A stretch of DNA of 64,000 nt from Guillardia theta CCMP2712 (GCF_000315625.1 NW_005434608.1:319747-383746), one strand, 5' to 3'; numbered from the stretch's first letter, positions 12,408 to 24,482 are shown. Made by a program: numbers and translations. Notes: generated from the letters alone by a model not told the origin.

Positions 12408-12648
12408 GGCAGCGGCAGCGGCAGCGGCAGCAGCAGCAGCAGCAGCAGCAACAAGATTACCTGCACTCCCTGTCCTTCCAACGGCCCGCACACACCAAGA
12501 CGAACGGCAGCGGAAAGTATTGACCTGGGTGACGTTAGGATGATGATGAGAAAGAGGGACGGAGGGAGGGACTTGGCTGGAGGTGGAGCAGGCAGAGCAG
12601 GAGAAGCATGATGAAGAGGCGGGCGGGAGCGGGCGGGAGCAGTAGCAA

Positions 12649-12680
<32 letters not shown>

Positions 12681-13681
12681 ACAAGAGCAAGAGCGGGCGG
12701 GAGCAGGAGTTCAAGCATAAAGGAGATGCACAGACGCATCTCCTGATCTCAGCAGAGTGGATGACGAGGGCTCAAACAAGAGGAGGGAGAAGAGGAGCGG
12801 TAAGGCATGACGACATGGAAGAGGGCGGGAGGAAGAGGAAGGGGAGCGGCCCAGCAACCAACCTCAGAGTCAAGAAGAGGAAGAGCGACTTGACGGTCTC
12901 GATCGGTAGGCCAAGTCTTGCGCAGATGAAGCCGAAGAGAGGAGCGAAGTGATAGTGGAGGGGCTGCAGGGCCCTGAGGTCCTTCTTCAGGCTCTGCATG
13001 CACGCAGGGATGGTCACATGGAGCTATCCGACGCGCCTCCTCGGGTCCTCACCGACACTCTCTCGAAGGCAGCGGAGGAGGCGGCCAAGAAGCCTCGTCC
13101 CTGTGCGATGCTCGACTTGCGGGCCACGTGGTTAGACGCTAGGGCCGCGTCGCATGCTTGATCGAACTCGAGGAGGGCAGGGAACGAATGGCGCTGATGA
13201 GCGGCAGCGATGATGGAGGAAAACAAACAGCATTGAGAGTGAAGAGTTTCAGCAATGAATCGTTTGAGATCCTCCACAGACTTCACTCTCCCGCTCTGTA
13301 CAGCCGTCTCGAGCCCCAACCTGTCGGCATGTTAGGTCAGGTATGATGAAATCCTCCTCTTCTCACGAATGATTCAGAGTGCCTGAGTGATAAGGTCAAG
13401 GACAACTTGAGCATCATGCAACGCAATCGAAGGATCCCAACTTCTCTTCAACTCCTCTTCACTTGTTGACACCTTTCCTCCCTCCCCTCCGACACTCGTA
13501 CTCCCCCATTCTCATCGTGAACCTGCGCCTCACCCCTCCTTCTCTCGCTCTTCTCCTCTCCTCTCTGACTCTCGTCCTCATCCTCGCCCTTCCTATCCTC
13601 CTCTCCTCTCCTCCTCTCCTCTCCTCTCCTCTCACCAGCAGGGAAGGAAGAGTCGGCAATCTGCCATACCACGGTATCCAT
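11652..13681 (-). CDS. ureF: urease accessory protein UreF
   Basis: Spliced motifs: WQIADSSFPA|GTLNHS|LGLETA, ARKSSIAQGRGFL, HFAPLFGFICARLGL, SILSAAVRLGVCGPLEGQ and SSSPILDLLQ|GSHDRLQSRLFSS*, which is the typical UreF C-terminus. Confidence 0.93.
11921..12095 (+). repeat. (CAT)n microsatellite, UreF intron
   Basis: Read directly. Confidence 0.95.
12362..12451 (+). repeat. (CAA)n/(CAG)n microsatellite, UreF intron
   Basis: Read directly. Confidence 0.95.
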
Positions 13682-14057
13682 TACAGACCACCCTCTCTAT
13701 GAACCCGACCCACAAAAAAATGTGAGTGACCACCCCCTACCCACTTGCATCCACCGTTCCCCTCATTTCCTCCTTGAATTCCCTAAATTTTGAGGACCCC
13801 CCACCTACCATGAAATCCCGGGACCCCCATCTCTCTACCCCTACCCAACGCTATTGAACTGCAAAACTTTTCAGAGTTTCTATTTTGAATAGGGGGTGGG
13901 GTACTCAATTGTGGGGTCCTTCTGAGCTAAATTTTCAGTGATTAAGGAGGGTATATTCAATTTTAGTCGGGTAGGGGTGGGGTTCAGAAAGTACGGATGG
14001 CGTTTATCCGATGAAAGAAATTGAGCGAGGAGGACCAGGCGGGCAAGGCGGGGGGGA

Positions 14058-14108
14058 GGAGGGAGGGAGGGAGGGAGGGAGGGAGGGAGGGAGGGAGGGA
14101 GGGAGGGG

Positions 14109-14178
<70 letters not shown>
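14058..14178 (+). repeat. (GGAG)n-(GCAG)n compound tetranucleotide repeat, intergenic
   Basis: Read directly. Confidence 0.95.
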
Positions 14179-14926
14179 AGGAAAGTGAGGGAGGGAGAGA
14201 GGGGAGAGAGGGGAGAGAGGGGACATAGAAGGGATGGAGGGTACGGAGAGGGATGCGACGGAAAGGCCAGAACCAAGTTCCCATCAGGGAGAGAGGAGGA
14301 AGGGAAGAAGGGGCGGATAGAGTTGAGAGGAGAGGGATCAGGGAGCAGGGATTGAATGGAGGAAGAGGCGAGGGTCGCGGGAGGGAGGAAGCAGAACAAG
14401 AGAACAGAAATGTTTTGGAAAGGAGTTCGGGAGTTCGGGAATGAGTTCTTTGAGCCAGGATGAAGAGTAGGGGAGGCGCGATGCTCATGGCGGGGGGGAA
14501 GGAGATCGTGAGCGAAACAAAGGCGGAGAGGAGGGGAGGGCAAGGCCTGTAGACGATATGGCAGGGCGGAGAGGGGTTTAGGTGAGCGGAGCATGAAATG
14601 AGGCAAGACAGCTGAAACGTAGAGGCATCTAGCAGCAGAAAGGATGAAGAGACTTGGTGGAGAGCAGAAGGTGGATCGATGAGAGATGTACCTGGTGGGA
14701 GAGGATGGGAGCTGTGTGATGGTACTTTGAGCCTGATTGTCAGGTGTCTTGCAGCAGACCAGGATGAAGGGGACACGATGACGATGATTGTCAGCATGTA
14801 AGAAGACAACCTCTCAGTTATTTTCCTTCCATCTTGCACTGAGAGAGACTCTTGTCATTTCAGTCTGAGTTGAGGAGTGAAGCGAATTTGCTGTCGAGGG
14901 AGGAACACCCTCCCTCATCCGCAGGG

Positions 14927-17718
14927 ATGCAGTATCAGCGTCATTCAAGATCGGTGGACCTGGTAGCAAGCAGCAATCACTCGACGGACGTGAATGGATT
15001 CCAGACAAAGCTGGAAGGGATCGGGGTTGTGTTCAAGCTCGACAAAGCCAAGTGATCTCCTTCTCCCCGATGCTCTCGAGTCTCCTTTGTGCACCTCCCT
15101 GCCCCTCCTCTTGTATGTCCTCTCAATCATCTCACAGGCGATATTTCTACATCTCCCGAGTCATAGAGAACGGGGCTGCGTATGCTCACGGCAACATCTT
15201 ACCTGGAGACATCTTCGTCGAGGTGATGGAGGTTGCTCTGGTTGCGTCTCTGCCTCACCAGGTTGCTTCCTCCAGGTGGATGGAGTAAAAGTTCACAACA
15301 AGACTCCAGACGAGCTGGCTCAGCTTATCTTGGGTCCTCCGGGCAGCATGGTTGACCTTGTACTCCGCCAGGGCTCCATTATCAAGGAGATTTCAGTGAA
15401 GAGGGCAAGGCAGCAGGCCAACGATATTGGCAGCACGCCGACCAAGCTTCCCTCCGACTTGAAGTTGGCTTATCAGATTCCCATGCCGTCCATGCAGATG
15501 CAGCAGGTTCTACCACACGACCACCGCTATGTCCATCCAGATCCCTCGCGCTCGATGCGCAACCCGTCGGATTCTCCTCCGCTCCTCATGCCTGCCAACT
15601 CGCTGCCCCGCACTGTGCATGCTGGATCAAGAAACGCGGGGATGCAGGACACGCGAGGCCTGCCGCATGTAGACGATCGCTACTTCGAGATGTCAACGAG
15701 GCCCCCGAGAGCTAGCGACATGCCCGACATCAGCCGCATCAGCCTGCACTCCCAGATGCCGATGAACAGGTCAAAGGTGACGCTGTCATGTTGTCTGCGT
15801 CAACAGGTGGTAGCGCCTGACAATCTGCCTGCAGGAAGTCGATTTTGCATCACAGTACATGACCTTCGGCCAACCACCCGCAAACTTCCAGCACAATCAC
15901 ACCCCAACGGTCCAGATCAGTCCAAGTGCGACAACATGGTTGTGGTTGTGAACCTTGTGGGTCCTGACTGCGTTTCCAGCAAGCAGCCATTATCATCTCC
16001 TCCAATCACCGGGTCTTGACTTGCCTCTCATTGCCACTCGCTGCGATGCTGACGTGTCACCAAGTAGATGCTCGAGACCTCAACCGGCAGCATCGAAACG
16101 CGTTGCCAGGTCATTCCGCTCCTCATGCCGCCATGCCGTCGGTAAGTTGGACTCTAGAGACCGGTGATGATGGTGATCTCTGCTGGCAACCAGGTCGAGA
16201 GTGACCAGGAGTTGGCCATTAGACTTCAGGCGAGGCAACCGTGAAGTCCCTCCGTCCCTTGACCTCCTTGGCGCAGGCCGATGAAATCTTGCGGAACGAT
16301 CGAGCCCAGTCGGTCTGTGATGTTCAGTCCAGGACAAGCCGCTCAGGCCTGATGCACGTGCAGGAGGCGGAAAGAGATCATGTCTCCATCTCCCACGTAC
16401 CCCCACCCAGATTTGCCTCCCATGCAAACAGCCAAGTCTTGTCAAAAGAGGAGGTTCCGTCAAGGAAAGCCACGTCATCACCTCCCACCGGAAGAGAGAA
16501 GATGGTAGCAATCGCTTGACAGGCAGCAGGAGTGATGGACACGTGCAGGTCTGGGTGATGCGGCATGGCATGAGGCTCGATGACCAGGTGCTGCTCGCAT
16601 GCTGCGGTGACATCTGGCGGCTCTGACGACCCTCGAGGACCCAACGTGGAAGCTGTCGGCCAGTCGCCCTTATGACCCTCCCATCTGCGAGCATGGGAGA
16701 GAACAGGTCAGAAGGTGCAGGGGAGGCAAGACGGAGAAGGGCAGGAGGCAGTTGGGGAGGGGGAGGGGGTAATAAGGGTTGATGGAAGGAGGTGGAGGAC
16801 GAAGGGAAATAGATCAGAGTGCTTGGTCTAGCATGGAAACTCAAGTGTGGTTACAGTGCAAGTTGGCTGGAATGAGTTTTAAATCTTCGAGGTGAGAAGA
16901 ATCTGGTCGTAATAGTCCTGATGTGACATGCAGGTCACAAGTCGGCGACATCTCCTTCGTCCTCTCCTCGCCCTTCTTGAGATGCGTGCAAACCGCTGCA
17001 GAGGTGATTTCGCCCCCCTCGCGCTGAGGGTTGATCTTCCCTCGTGTAGGTGGCGTCGATTCTCGGTATCTCAAGGATCTTCATCGAAAATGACATCTGT
17101 GAAGTCTTGGAGCTGAGAAATGTCAGCGTTCAGCCCAAGTGCCTCAAAATGGATCAGTTGGTCAAAGGTGCTCCCCTGCTGTACCTGAGCTGGGGCTGAC
17201 GCCACCCCCCAGTGGAGCCCATGCTCGCACATCATGAAATCATCCCCTCCTCCGTGAAGATGCCGTCGGTGAGCCTAGATCGACCTCCCCGTGGCTGCTC
17301 GGCCTGACTAGAAATCTGTTCAGTGGCCAGAGAACTTGCACGAAGCAAGAGTGCGCTTCAGAAACGCCTTCGACCGCATCGCCAAGTCTTACGACGGCAA
17401 CGTGCTCATAGTCACGCACGGAGATACGTGAGGGCGATTGTGACATGTCGCACGAGCTGATTGTGGTTGTAAGGGTTGCTGAATTCATCTCGATGACCTC
17501 AAAGATTCAAACGGACAAGATATACTCAGTTCCAAATTGCTCGGCAGCTGGTGAGCTTTCCTGCCTCGTCTACATCTGTCTCACGTCTCAACAGGAGCGA
17601 GGCACGTGGACGGATGTTGGGACAAGTGCACGTACAATCTCTGGGCAACACGTGTTTGTTGTGTGAAGGTGTTTGCAGGTTGAGTGGAGAGATATTGATC
17701 TTGGACCAAGAGCACTGA
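14927..17718 (+). CDS. PDZ domain + low-complexity linker + histidine phosphatase (phosphoglycerate mutase family), putative single fusion gene
   Basis: PDZ part: GIGVVFKLDKAK|RYFYISRVIENGAAYAHGNILPGDIFVE|VDGVKVHNKTPDELAQLILGPPGSMVDLVL. Phosphatase part: VWVMRHGMRLDDQ|DPTWKLSASRPYDPP, SSPFLRCVQTA, PENLHEARVRF and NVLIVTHGD. The halves join through phase-compatible introns, one of which needs a GC donor. Confidence 0.75.
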
Positions 17719-17791
17719 CTGGTTTGTATTGATGTTTTTCAAAACATGTATTCTTAATCTAAAATAAACATCAACGAATCACATCGGGAGC

Positions 17792-18379
17792 TCAAACTTG
17801 GGTGCCACGAACTTCGTCGTCGTAGTCGGCAGGAGCCTCGTACTCCTTCTGGGCTCCTCCCACCTTAGACTCATCGTAGATTCCGATGAAAGGCGCTCCG
17901 ATGTAGGGGAATCCAGGAAGTCCATCGTTCTGGGGAGGGATCTGGTTCAGACGAGCCAGGAGCATGTCATCCATAGGGGTAACAGCGGTGGGGTACGGCT
18001 GAACGGGTCCGAGCTGGGGGAACTCAGGGTGAATGCCGCCAGGAAGCAACTGTCCGTTGGAGGCGGTGGCAGCAGGAGCCATCATGGTGCTGAAGAGAGG
18101 AGGGCCCATCATCTGAGGAGGCTGGCTTCCCCTGGGTGGCTGCTGTGGCTGCTGCGACTGGGACTGCGGCTGCTGCTGGCTGATCATGGCGGGGAAAGGC
18201 TGGGGGGCCGGGAAGGGCATGCTCATCATACCAGGAGGAGGAGCGAAGGCCATGGGGGCTCCGGACATCATGAAAGGAGCAGCCGGGATAGCTCCCTGGG
18301 GCATGGAAGCGAAGGGGAAGGAAGTGGGCATTCCGATAGGGCCAGGGGTGGTGCTAACGCGAGGAGGAGCAGCGCTCAT
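17792..18379 (-). CDS. Pro/Met/Gln-rich hypothetical protein (195 aa, single coding exon)
   Basis: Open frame MSAAPPRV...EVRGTQV*. The ATG directly follows a TTTTTTGCAG acceptor, suggesting a 5' UTR intron or an upstream exon. Codons are mostly C/T-ending. Confidence 0.7.
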   Translation of the reverse strand: MSAAPPRVSTTPGPIGMPTSFPFASMPQGAIPAAPFMMSGAPMAFAPPPGMMSMPFPAPQPFPAMISQQQPQSQSQQPQQPPRGSQPPQMMGPPLFSTMMAPAATASNGQLLPGGIHPEFPQLGPVQPYPTAVTPMDDMLLARLNQIPPQNDGLPGFPYIGAPFIGIYDESKVGGAQKEYEAPADYDDEVRGTQV

Positions 18380-19559
18380 CTGCAAAAAGCAAACGAGGTC
18401 AACAAGTGTCAACAAGCTACTCAATCGATCGGCTCTTTGCACTTCCTATCTGTTCCATTATAATCATCTTGGCTACTATGGAAATGCATAGAATTCCCTA
18501 GGATCATACTGTTCAAACGAATTCCGTTTACGCCCAGCCTCACGTCATCACACGCAGGAAAAGAAAGACATCATCGGTGACACTTCATGGAATCTTTCGA
18601 AAGCTTCAACGTCTGCTCTAGGTCAAAGCTTTACACTGCTTACAATCATCGGGAAAGAACGAGAAACAAGAAAATTCAAATCTTTCGAAAAAAATGTGAT
18701 CACCAGCAGATATTTAAACCGCACGTCATCCACGAAATTACCCATATCTCAGAGCAGCATTTCTCAAACACACTCTTGCATTTCAATCTCACAAATAATC
18801 TCTCTTTGAAATCATCACTCCTTCAGCATTTGCCTCATTCCTCAACAACATCCTTGTTTCCGCCATCCCCCCATTCCTCTCCAACACCCTCGTCACTCTG
18901 TTCCTCCTCTGTTTATGCCACCACCCTTACCCCCTTCTCTTCCCACCAGTCGTTTGATGACCCGTTAATATTGTACCCCTACCCCCAATTTAACGGGTGT
19001 AACGAAACAATCTCACACCCCTACCCTTGATTCCTCATAACTTTAGCGTTGTCACACCTAGAGAGAACAACCCCTGGTGTTGGTGTTGAGATTTCAATAA
19101 CCCCCCACCCCACACAAGTTAGGTCCACCCCCTGCTCTCACATGTCCAAACCCGGCTGGTAGTGGATGCCGCCCCCTACCCCACCCCATCATTGATCCGC
19201 AGTTTCACTTCCAACCCCAAAGCTTTCACAACGTCCATATGCTCATTTTGCCTCAAGCTGACATAAGGGAAATTACACCCTCACGGGTATCCCTCCAGAA
19301 TCTTATGCCCCCACCCTACTGCACCCCCTCAATTATGAGGTCTCGCCGCTCGCCTACTAGTAACGGATTTTTCCAGTGGCAAGATCACCCCTACCTGCTG
19401 GATGAACGTTGAAATGGGGGGTTCATGGGTACAACCTCGATCTTCTCCACCCCTACCCTATGATCAGTAGAGAAGGAGAGGGAATACGGGGGGTAGTGGC
19501 AGCGCTCCTTTTCACTAGTGGGCTACTTCAAGATGTGATCCCGTCCTGTAACGTCACCT

Positions 19560-20230
19560 ATCACCACCCATCATTACATGGGGAAAGCCAGGGGTGGTCA
19601 TCACTACGGGTGGCGGCTAGTCGGTCGGCCGCTCCGACTGAGCGCCCGGGCAGGGCCCTCCGATGACTCGGACCTCGGGCCCGGGTCCGACGGTCCGAGT
19701 CACAGGCAGTCACTTGAGTGTCAGTTGCCAAGAACAGAGCCGCGGCCCGGGCCGGAAGTCGGACTCCCGCTTGGTTGCTCGGAACCGTTTCGGCGGCGGC
19801 CCGGCGCCGGGCAGCCGGGCTACTACTAGTAGACGGTGTGCCAGCGGCGTGTCAGTGCTCCGAGTCGGGGGCCGAGGCTCGGCCCGGACGGACTGCGGCG
19901 GCATGATTTCTATATTGATCGATTGACCATTCTTCGTTGCCTACGGTTGAGATGAAGATGCATTTGATGAAGTTTCTGAAGCTGTCAAAATATGTCGGTC
20001 CCATGGCTCAGTCTTGGGCCGCGGCGGCCCGCACAGGCTGGCCGGGCCCGTGACGGACGCGTGACGGACGCCCGGCCCTGCTCGGACCCGGCGGCCCCAC
20101 CCGGCGTGACAGTCTCCGGGACTCCAGGAGACTGACTCCAGCCTACTAGCCTACTAGCCTACTCCGGGAGACCGCTCAGGCTCAGCTCGTCCAAAATCCT
20201 TCGTCCGGTCGGTAGGCTCATAAACGAGGA
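19560..20230. promoter_or_regulatory. CpG-rich, palindrome-rich intergenic island between divergent genes
   Basis: Dense CCGG, GGCC, GACTC and GTCAC sites, unlike the flanking DNA. A regulatory role is inferred. Confidence 0.4.
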
Positions 20231-20740
20231 GGCAGAAACTTGACTGAAAGTTGTTAATACTAAATCCGCTTCAGACGCGTTGACCCGTCGAATTCTACTG
20301 ACCATTTCCAATTGACTTTCATTTTACTCTATTCACGAACATTTTGGCTAAATATCCATATTAAATTTCAACTATCAAAAAGACATTCCGATAAAATTGT
20401 TCAAAGATCATGCCAACATTTTGGTAAAGTTTGCTCCGCCCTTTCATTTCCTGCAAACCTACAGAACTATTCCTAAATATTGAAATATGCTCTAAAAGTT
20501 TCAATTTTTCATCTAATCATCAACAATCACATCCTAAATGTTCATGGCATTTTCTGTGTCGGCTGGGACAGAATTGTGACCAAGGGTAGTCAGAAATCTC
20601 CTGAAATTTTCATTGATATTTCTTCTTTAACTTTAAATTTCAGTGAAAATATTGAAAAGTTTCGAAGCGATCTCTTGAGTTGTCGGGTAGGGTACTCTAA
20701 GGATGGGTCAACGCGGAGGGTGATCTACAGGTGGACCACA

Positions 20741-23089
20741 ATGTCGCGGCTGATCGCTTTTGTGTGCGCCATGGCGCTCGTCAGCGTCGCCATGGCGCAA
20801 GCTGACCAGGATGAAGATTTCTTCTCTTCACCCCCCCTCTCCCTCCCTTCCATATCATCGTTCGTTTCCTCCCCCTTTATGGGACCCTCCCCCTTCACTG
20901 GCATTGGGAGCCTCCTCAATGATCTTGAGAAGGACGCCGCCCCATCTTTCGGAAGACCTACCTCCGTGCGTATGTTCAGGATCCCCCTCAGTAGCTTCAG
21001 GATGATGCCCTCGCAAGGAAGTGACGAGAGCAAGAGCCAGGAAACCGCTTTCATGCAGCCACGCATTCGTGTTTTCCGACTCCCTTCCCTTCCTTCCCTT
21101 GATGGATTGGTCAACCGCATGGTTTCGGACAGCCCAAGGTTTGCGCCCTCATGTTGCCAAAGATGCTATTTAATTTTATCGTTCTTTGTGATAGATCGCT
21201 TCCGGAGAGGTTTTCCCGCATTTTCAGTGGCATGGACTGCGATGCCTGCAGCCGTGTCAAGTCAAACATGAAGTCTGTTCGTATCATGATGGGGCCAGAT
21301 GGCAAGACAGTGCGCACCACAACTGAGCAGGGTCCTGATGGTGTCATGCACACTACCCGCACTGTCTCAGATGGACGAAAGGTTGGTATATGCGAGATGT
21401 GCTGAATCTCGTGTTCATATGTATTTTGTCTCGATGAACTATGCTTTGATGGGAGGATGGCTTTGATGGAAATTCATCGTCTTTGCATGATTTCCATTGC
21501 TTTTCAGCCATCCGATGATGTCGAGGAAGGTAACGGGGATCTTCCTGATATTTTAAGTTCGTTTATCATCCCCCTTGCCGGACTGTCTCTGAATGATGAT
21601 CATGAGGTTTCATCATCAAGTAGGACAGTTTTTAAGTGATGTTCAATGCAGAAGATGGATAATCTTGCCAATCGCGTTCAGTCTCACATGAAGGCTATCA
21701 GCATTGTACATGGCCGCGATGGCAAGACCGTACAGGTTTTTGACAATTCACTTCGTGGTTGATTCTTGCTCACTACTTGATCATCAGACTGTGTCAGAGC
21801 AAGGACCCGATGGCAAACTTCACACCACTAGGTCCGTTTTTGACGCCAATGGCAATAAGGTCCGCTATTTTTCCTTGTACCTTCCAAATATGATTTTTGT
21901 CTTTCTTTTTAGGTCACCGAGAACACCCCGGTTTTGAGCAGGACTGTTCCCGCAAATGTAAATGCACTGAGACTGTTGATCATATCAGTCCTCCTGAAAT
22001 CAATCCTGTGTCAGCCTGTTGCTCCTACCACTGTGAAGGTTGATGCACCCAAGAAGGAGGCTGCCCCAGCTGAGAAGCCAGCGGTGATCTTTCTGCATAG
22101 TGTTCATTATCTGAAATTTTGATGATGTATGTAGGTGCACCACATTACCAAAGAGGCAGCCAAGGTGAACATGTCTCATCGCTGCAAATGAAAAACTTAA
22201 AGTTTGTTGAAGGACGCCGTGACTTCAGCAATCGATGTGAATGCTAAGGATGTTTCTAAGCTGCATGATGAGAATGCACGCAAGGTATTTCATTCCTCAT
22301 GTTCTTTTTTTCTGCTTCTCTGAACTTGATTTCCCGTAGGAAATCGCTAAGACCATTGCGGACAAGCTTGGCATCAAGGTTAGTTAATTTCTCAACTTAA
22401 GATTTTTTTCACGGTGCAGTTTGCCATGGAACGTGTTCCCTGATTTTTTTCCTTTGCCAGGAATCCGATGTGCAGATTTCCATTGACAACTCTGGAGTCA
22501 AGGTCGTTTCGTGTCTCTCTAATTATTTCCTTGACCCTAGGTTCTCAGGTTTCCGCTGCCCCAAAGAAGGAGGAACCCGTCGCAGTGAAGACTGCCGCTG
22601 TGAAGGCTGCTCCTCTTGCCGAGTCGGCAAAGGCTGTTGACCCCGTCGCTGCTTCGAAGGCTCCTGTCAAGGTAAGGGAATTGCATCAAGATATGTTGGC
22701 TCAACCGCAGCCAACAGGAGTCAAAGAAGGAAGACAAGGTCGAAGATGTTGATGCCCTTGAGAAGGACTTCTTGGTGCGAAACCTCCCTTGGGCTCCGTT
22801 CCTATCTCACATCAGTTGTAGAATGAGGAGAAGGAGGAGCTGGCAGTGAAGAGCCGTGAGAAGAGCACTCTTTCCGAAGTCAAGGTGAGATCGGGGTTGC
22901 AGCGGCAGCACCGGACGGCTAACTTGGCCACACAGAGGGCCGAGCTTGAGGCTGCTGCTGCAGTTGCCAAGAAGCAGAAGGCTGCTGACAGGCTCAAGGT
23001 GAGGGACCATACTTGTATGCTTCATGCAACTAAGAAGCCTGTAGGATCTCTACAAGAAGATGGAGGCAGCGACCATGCTTATTAACTAA
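20741..23089 (+). CDS. secreted hypothetical protein with internal ~41-aa duplication and Ala/Lys/Glu-rich C-terminus (15 exons)
   Basis: Signal peptide MSRLIAFVCAMALVSVAMA. Fourteen GT-AG introns join in frame and end at DLYKKMEAATMLIN* (TAA 23087-23089). Confidence 0.85.
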
Positions 23090-24482
23090 AGTGTGTTCGA
23101 TGACAGTCGAGCCTGCAGAGAGTTTCTATGCATGCGACTTGGATATTGTAAAGTAATTTACGAAAACTCCCCTACTTGCTCAGAATCTGCATAGCACAAC
23201 AACTCATCCCTCCGTCTATCTGCCTATCCTCACAGCCTGTTGTAATGCATGAGCTTGTATGTTCTGTTAGTCGCTCTCATACAGAGCGTACGACATGTTG
23301 GAGTGCGAGTAAGAATGTTTGATCAGAGGAAGTAACAGCAAGAGCATGATAATCACTTCTTCGTCTCCCTTCTTCTTCCTTTCCTCATATCCCTCAACCC
23401 CTGCTCATTGTTCAGACATTCCATTCCATCCCACCCCTACCCCTTCTTTTCCCCAGAAAAATAGTCTATACACGCCCATGACCCCTACCCCTGTCATCCT
23501 ATTAGAATTATGTACCCCATCCACAGACTACCCCATTTATTCCTGTATATTGTACCCCTTACACTCGATTCCCTGCCCTGTGCCCATACCACCACCCCCT
23601 CTGTCTTATACCTCTTGGTCATCATGCAGAAGGCCACCTCCAGCGAGTGGCGATGGCGAGGAGGGACAGAGGAGATGGAGAGGAAGGAGGAGGATGAAGA
23701 GAAGGTATAGATGGAGAGTGGAGGAGGAGGAGTAGAGAGGACTGGATGAAGGAGGAGGAGGAAGAGGAGGAGGAGGAGGAGGCGAGGGTATGAGAGAGGA
23801 TGGTCGACGACGAACAGGGTTGATGGGAGGACGAGGAGGATTCGGAGGGGAGGAAGGGAGATGAAGGGAGATGGAGAAAGGGGTAGAATCGGACGCAGAA
23901 ACATAGACAAGCGAAAGTGCAAGGGTCGTGGAGTAGGGGAAAGAGAAGCGTAGAGAGGAGAGCCGTAGTGGGCAAGAATGAACGGGCCCCGGAAACGAAG
24001 AGAGGAGAGGAGATGTCAGGACGGAGCATTCGGATTACATGGTGAAGCTTGATAGTAGAAGTATCGATGAAAGAGCACAGGATCAAGAGGAGGATGGGAT
24101 GTGATCGGGGGACGAGGCAGATAGCAGGACAGAGGATAATGCAGAGGGTTTAGGGTAGAGGTAAAAAAGAGAACTGGGGCATAAACTGTCAGTCAAGGAA
24201 GGAATTCTTGTTAAAGTCAAAGAACTAAGGTCCATGGGTGAGCATGAATAGGTATGAAAAGAAGGTAGGGGTGTGGAATCAGAACGAGGCAGTTATGTAC
24301 ATGTCAAAGGAGGATGAGTAAGATGTCGTGGATGACGATGCTGCTCCTGCAGGAGGCGAATGCTAGGAGCCGACGAGTCCTGCCGTCTGTTGAGTTGTCG
24401 CTTCACCAGGATCGCAGCATGAGGCCTCAGGCGTGACGGCAGAGGAGCAGACGCCGCCAGCTGACCTGCTCCTGCCAGTCCG

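Noticed and set aside
11797-12739. Poly-Met, poly-Ile, poly-Gln and poly-Ala ORFs
   Set aside because: Artefacts of microsatellites inside UreF introns.
13880-14839. 319-aa minus-strand ORF
   Set aside because: Stop-poor CT-rich intergenic repeat sequence (LPAC/PPSL repeats) with no domain signal.
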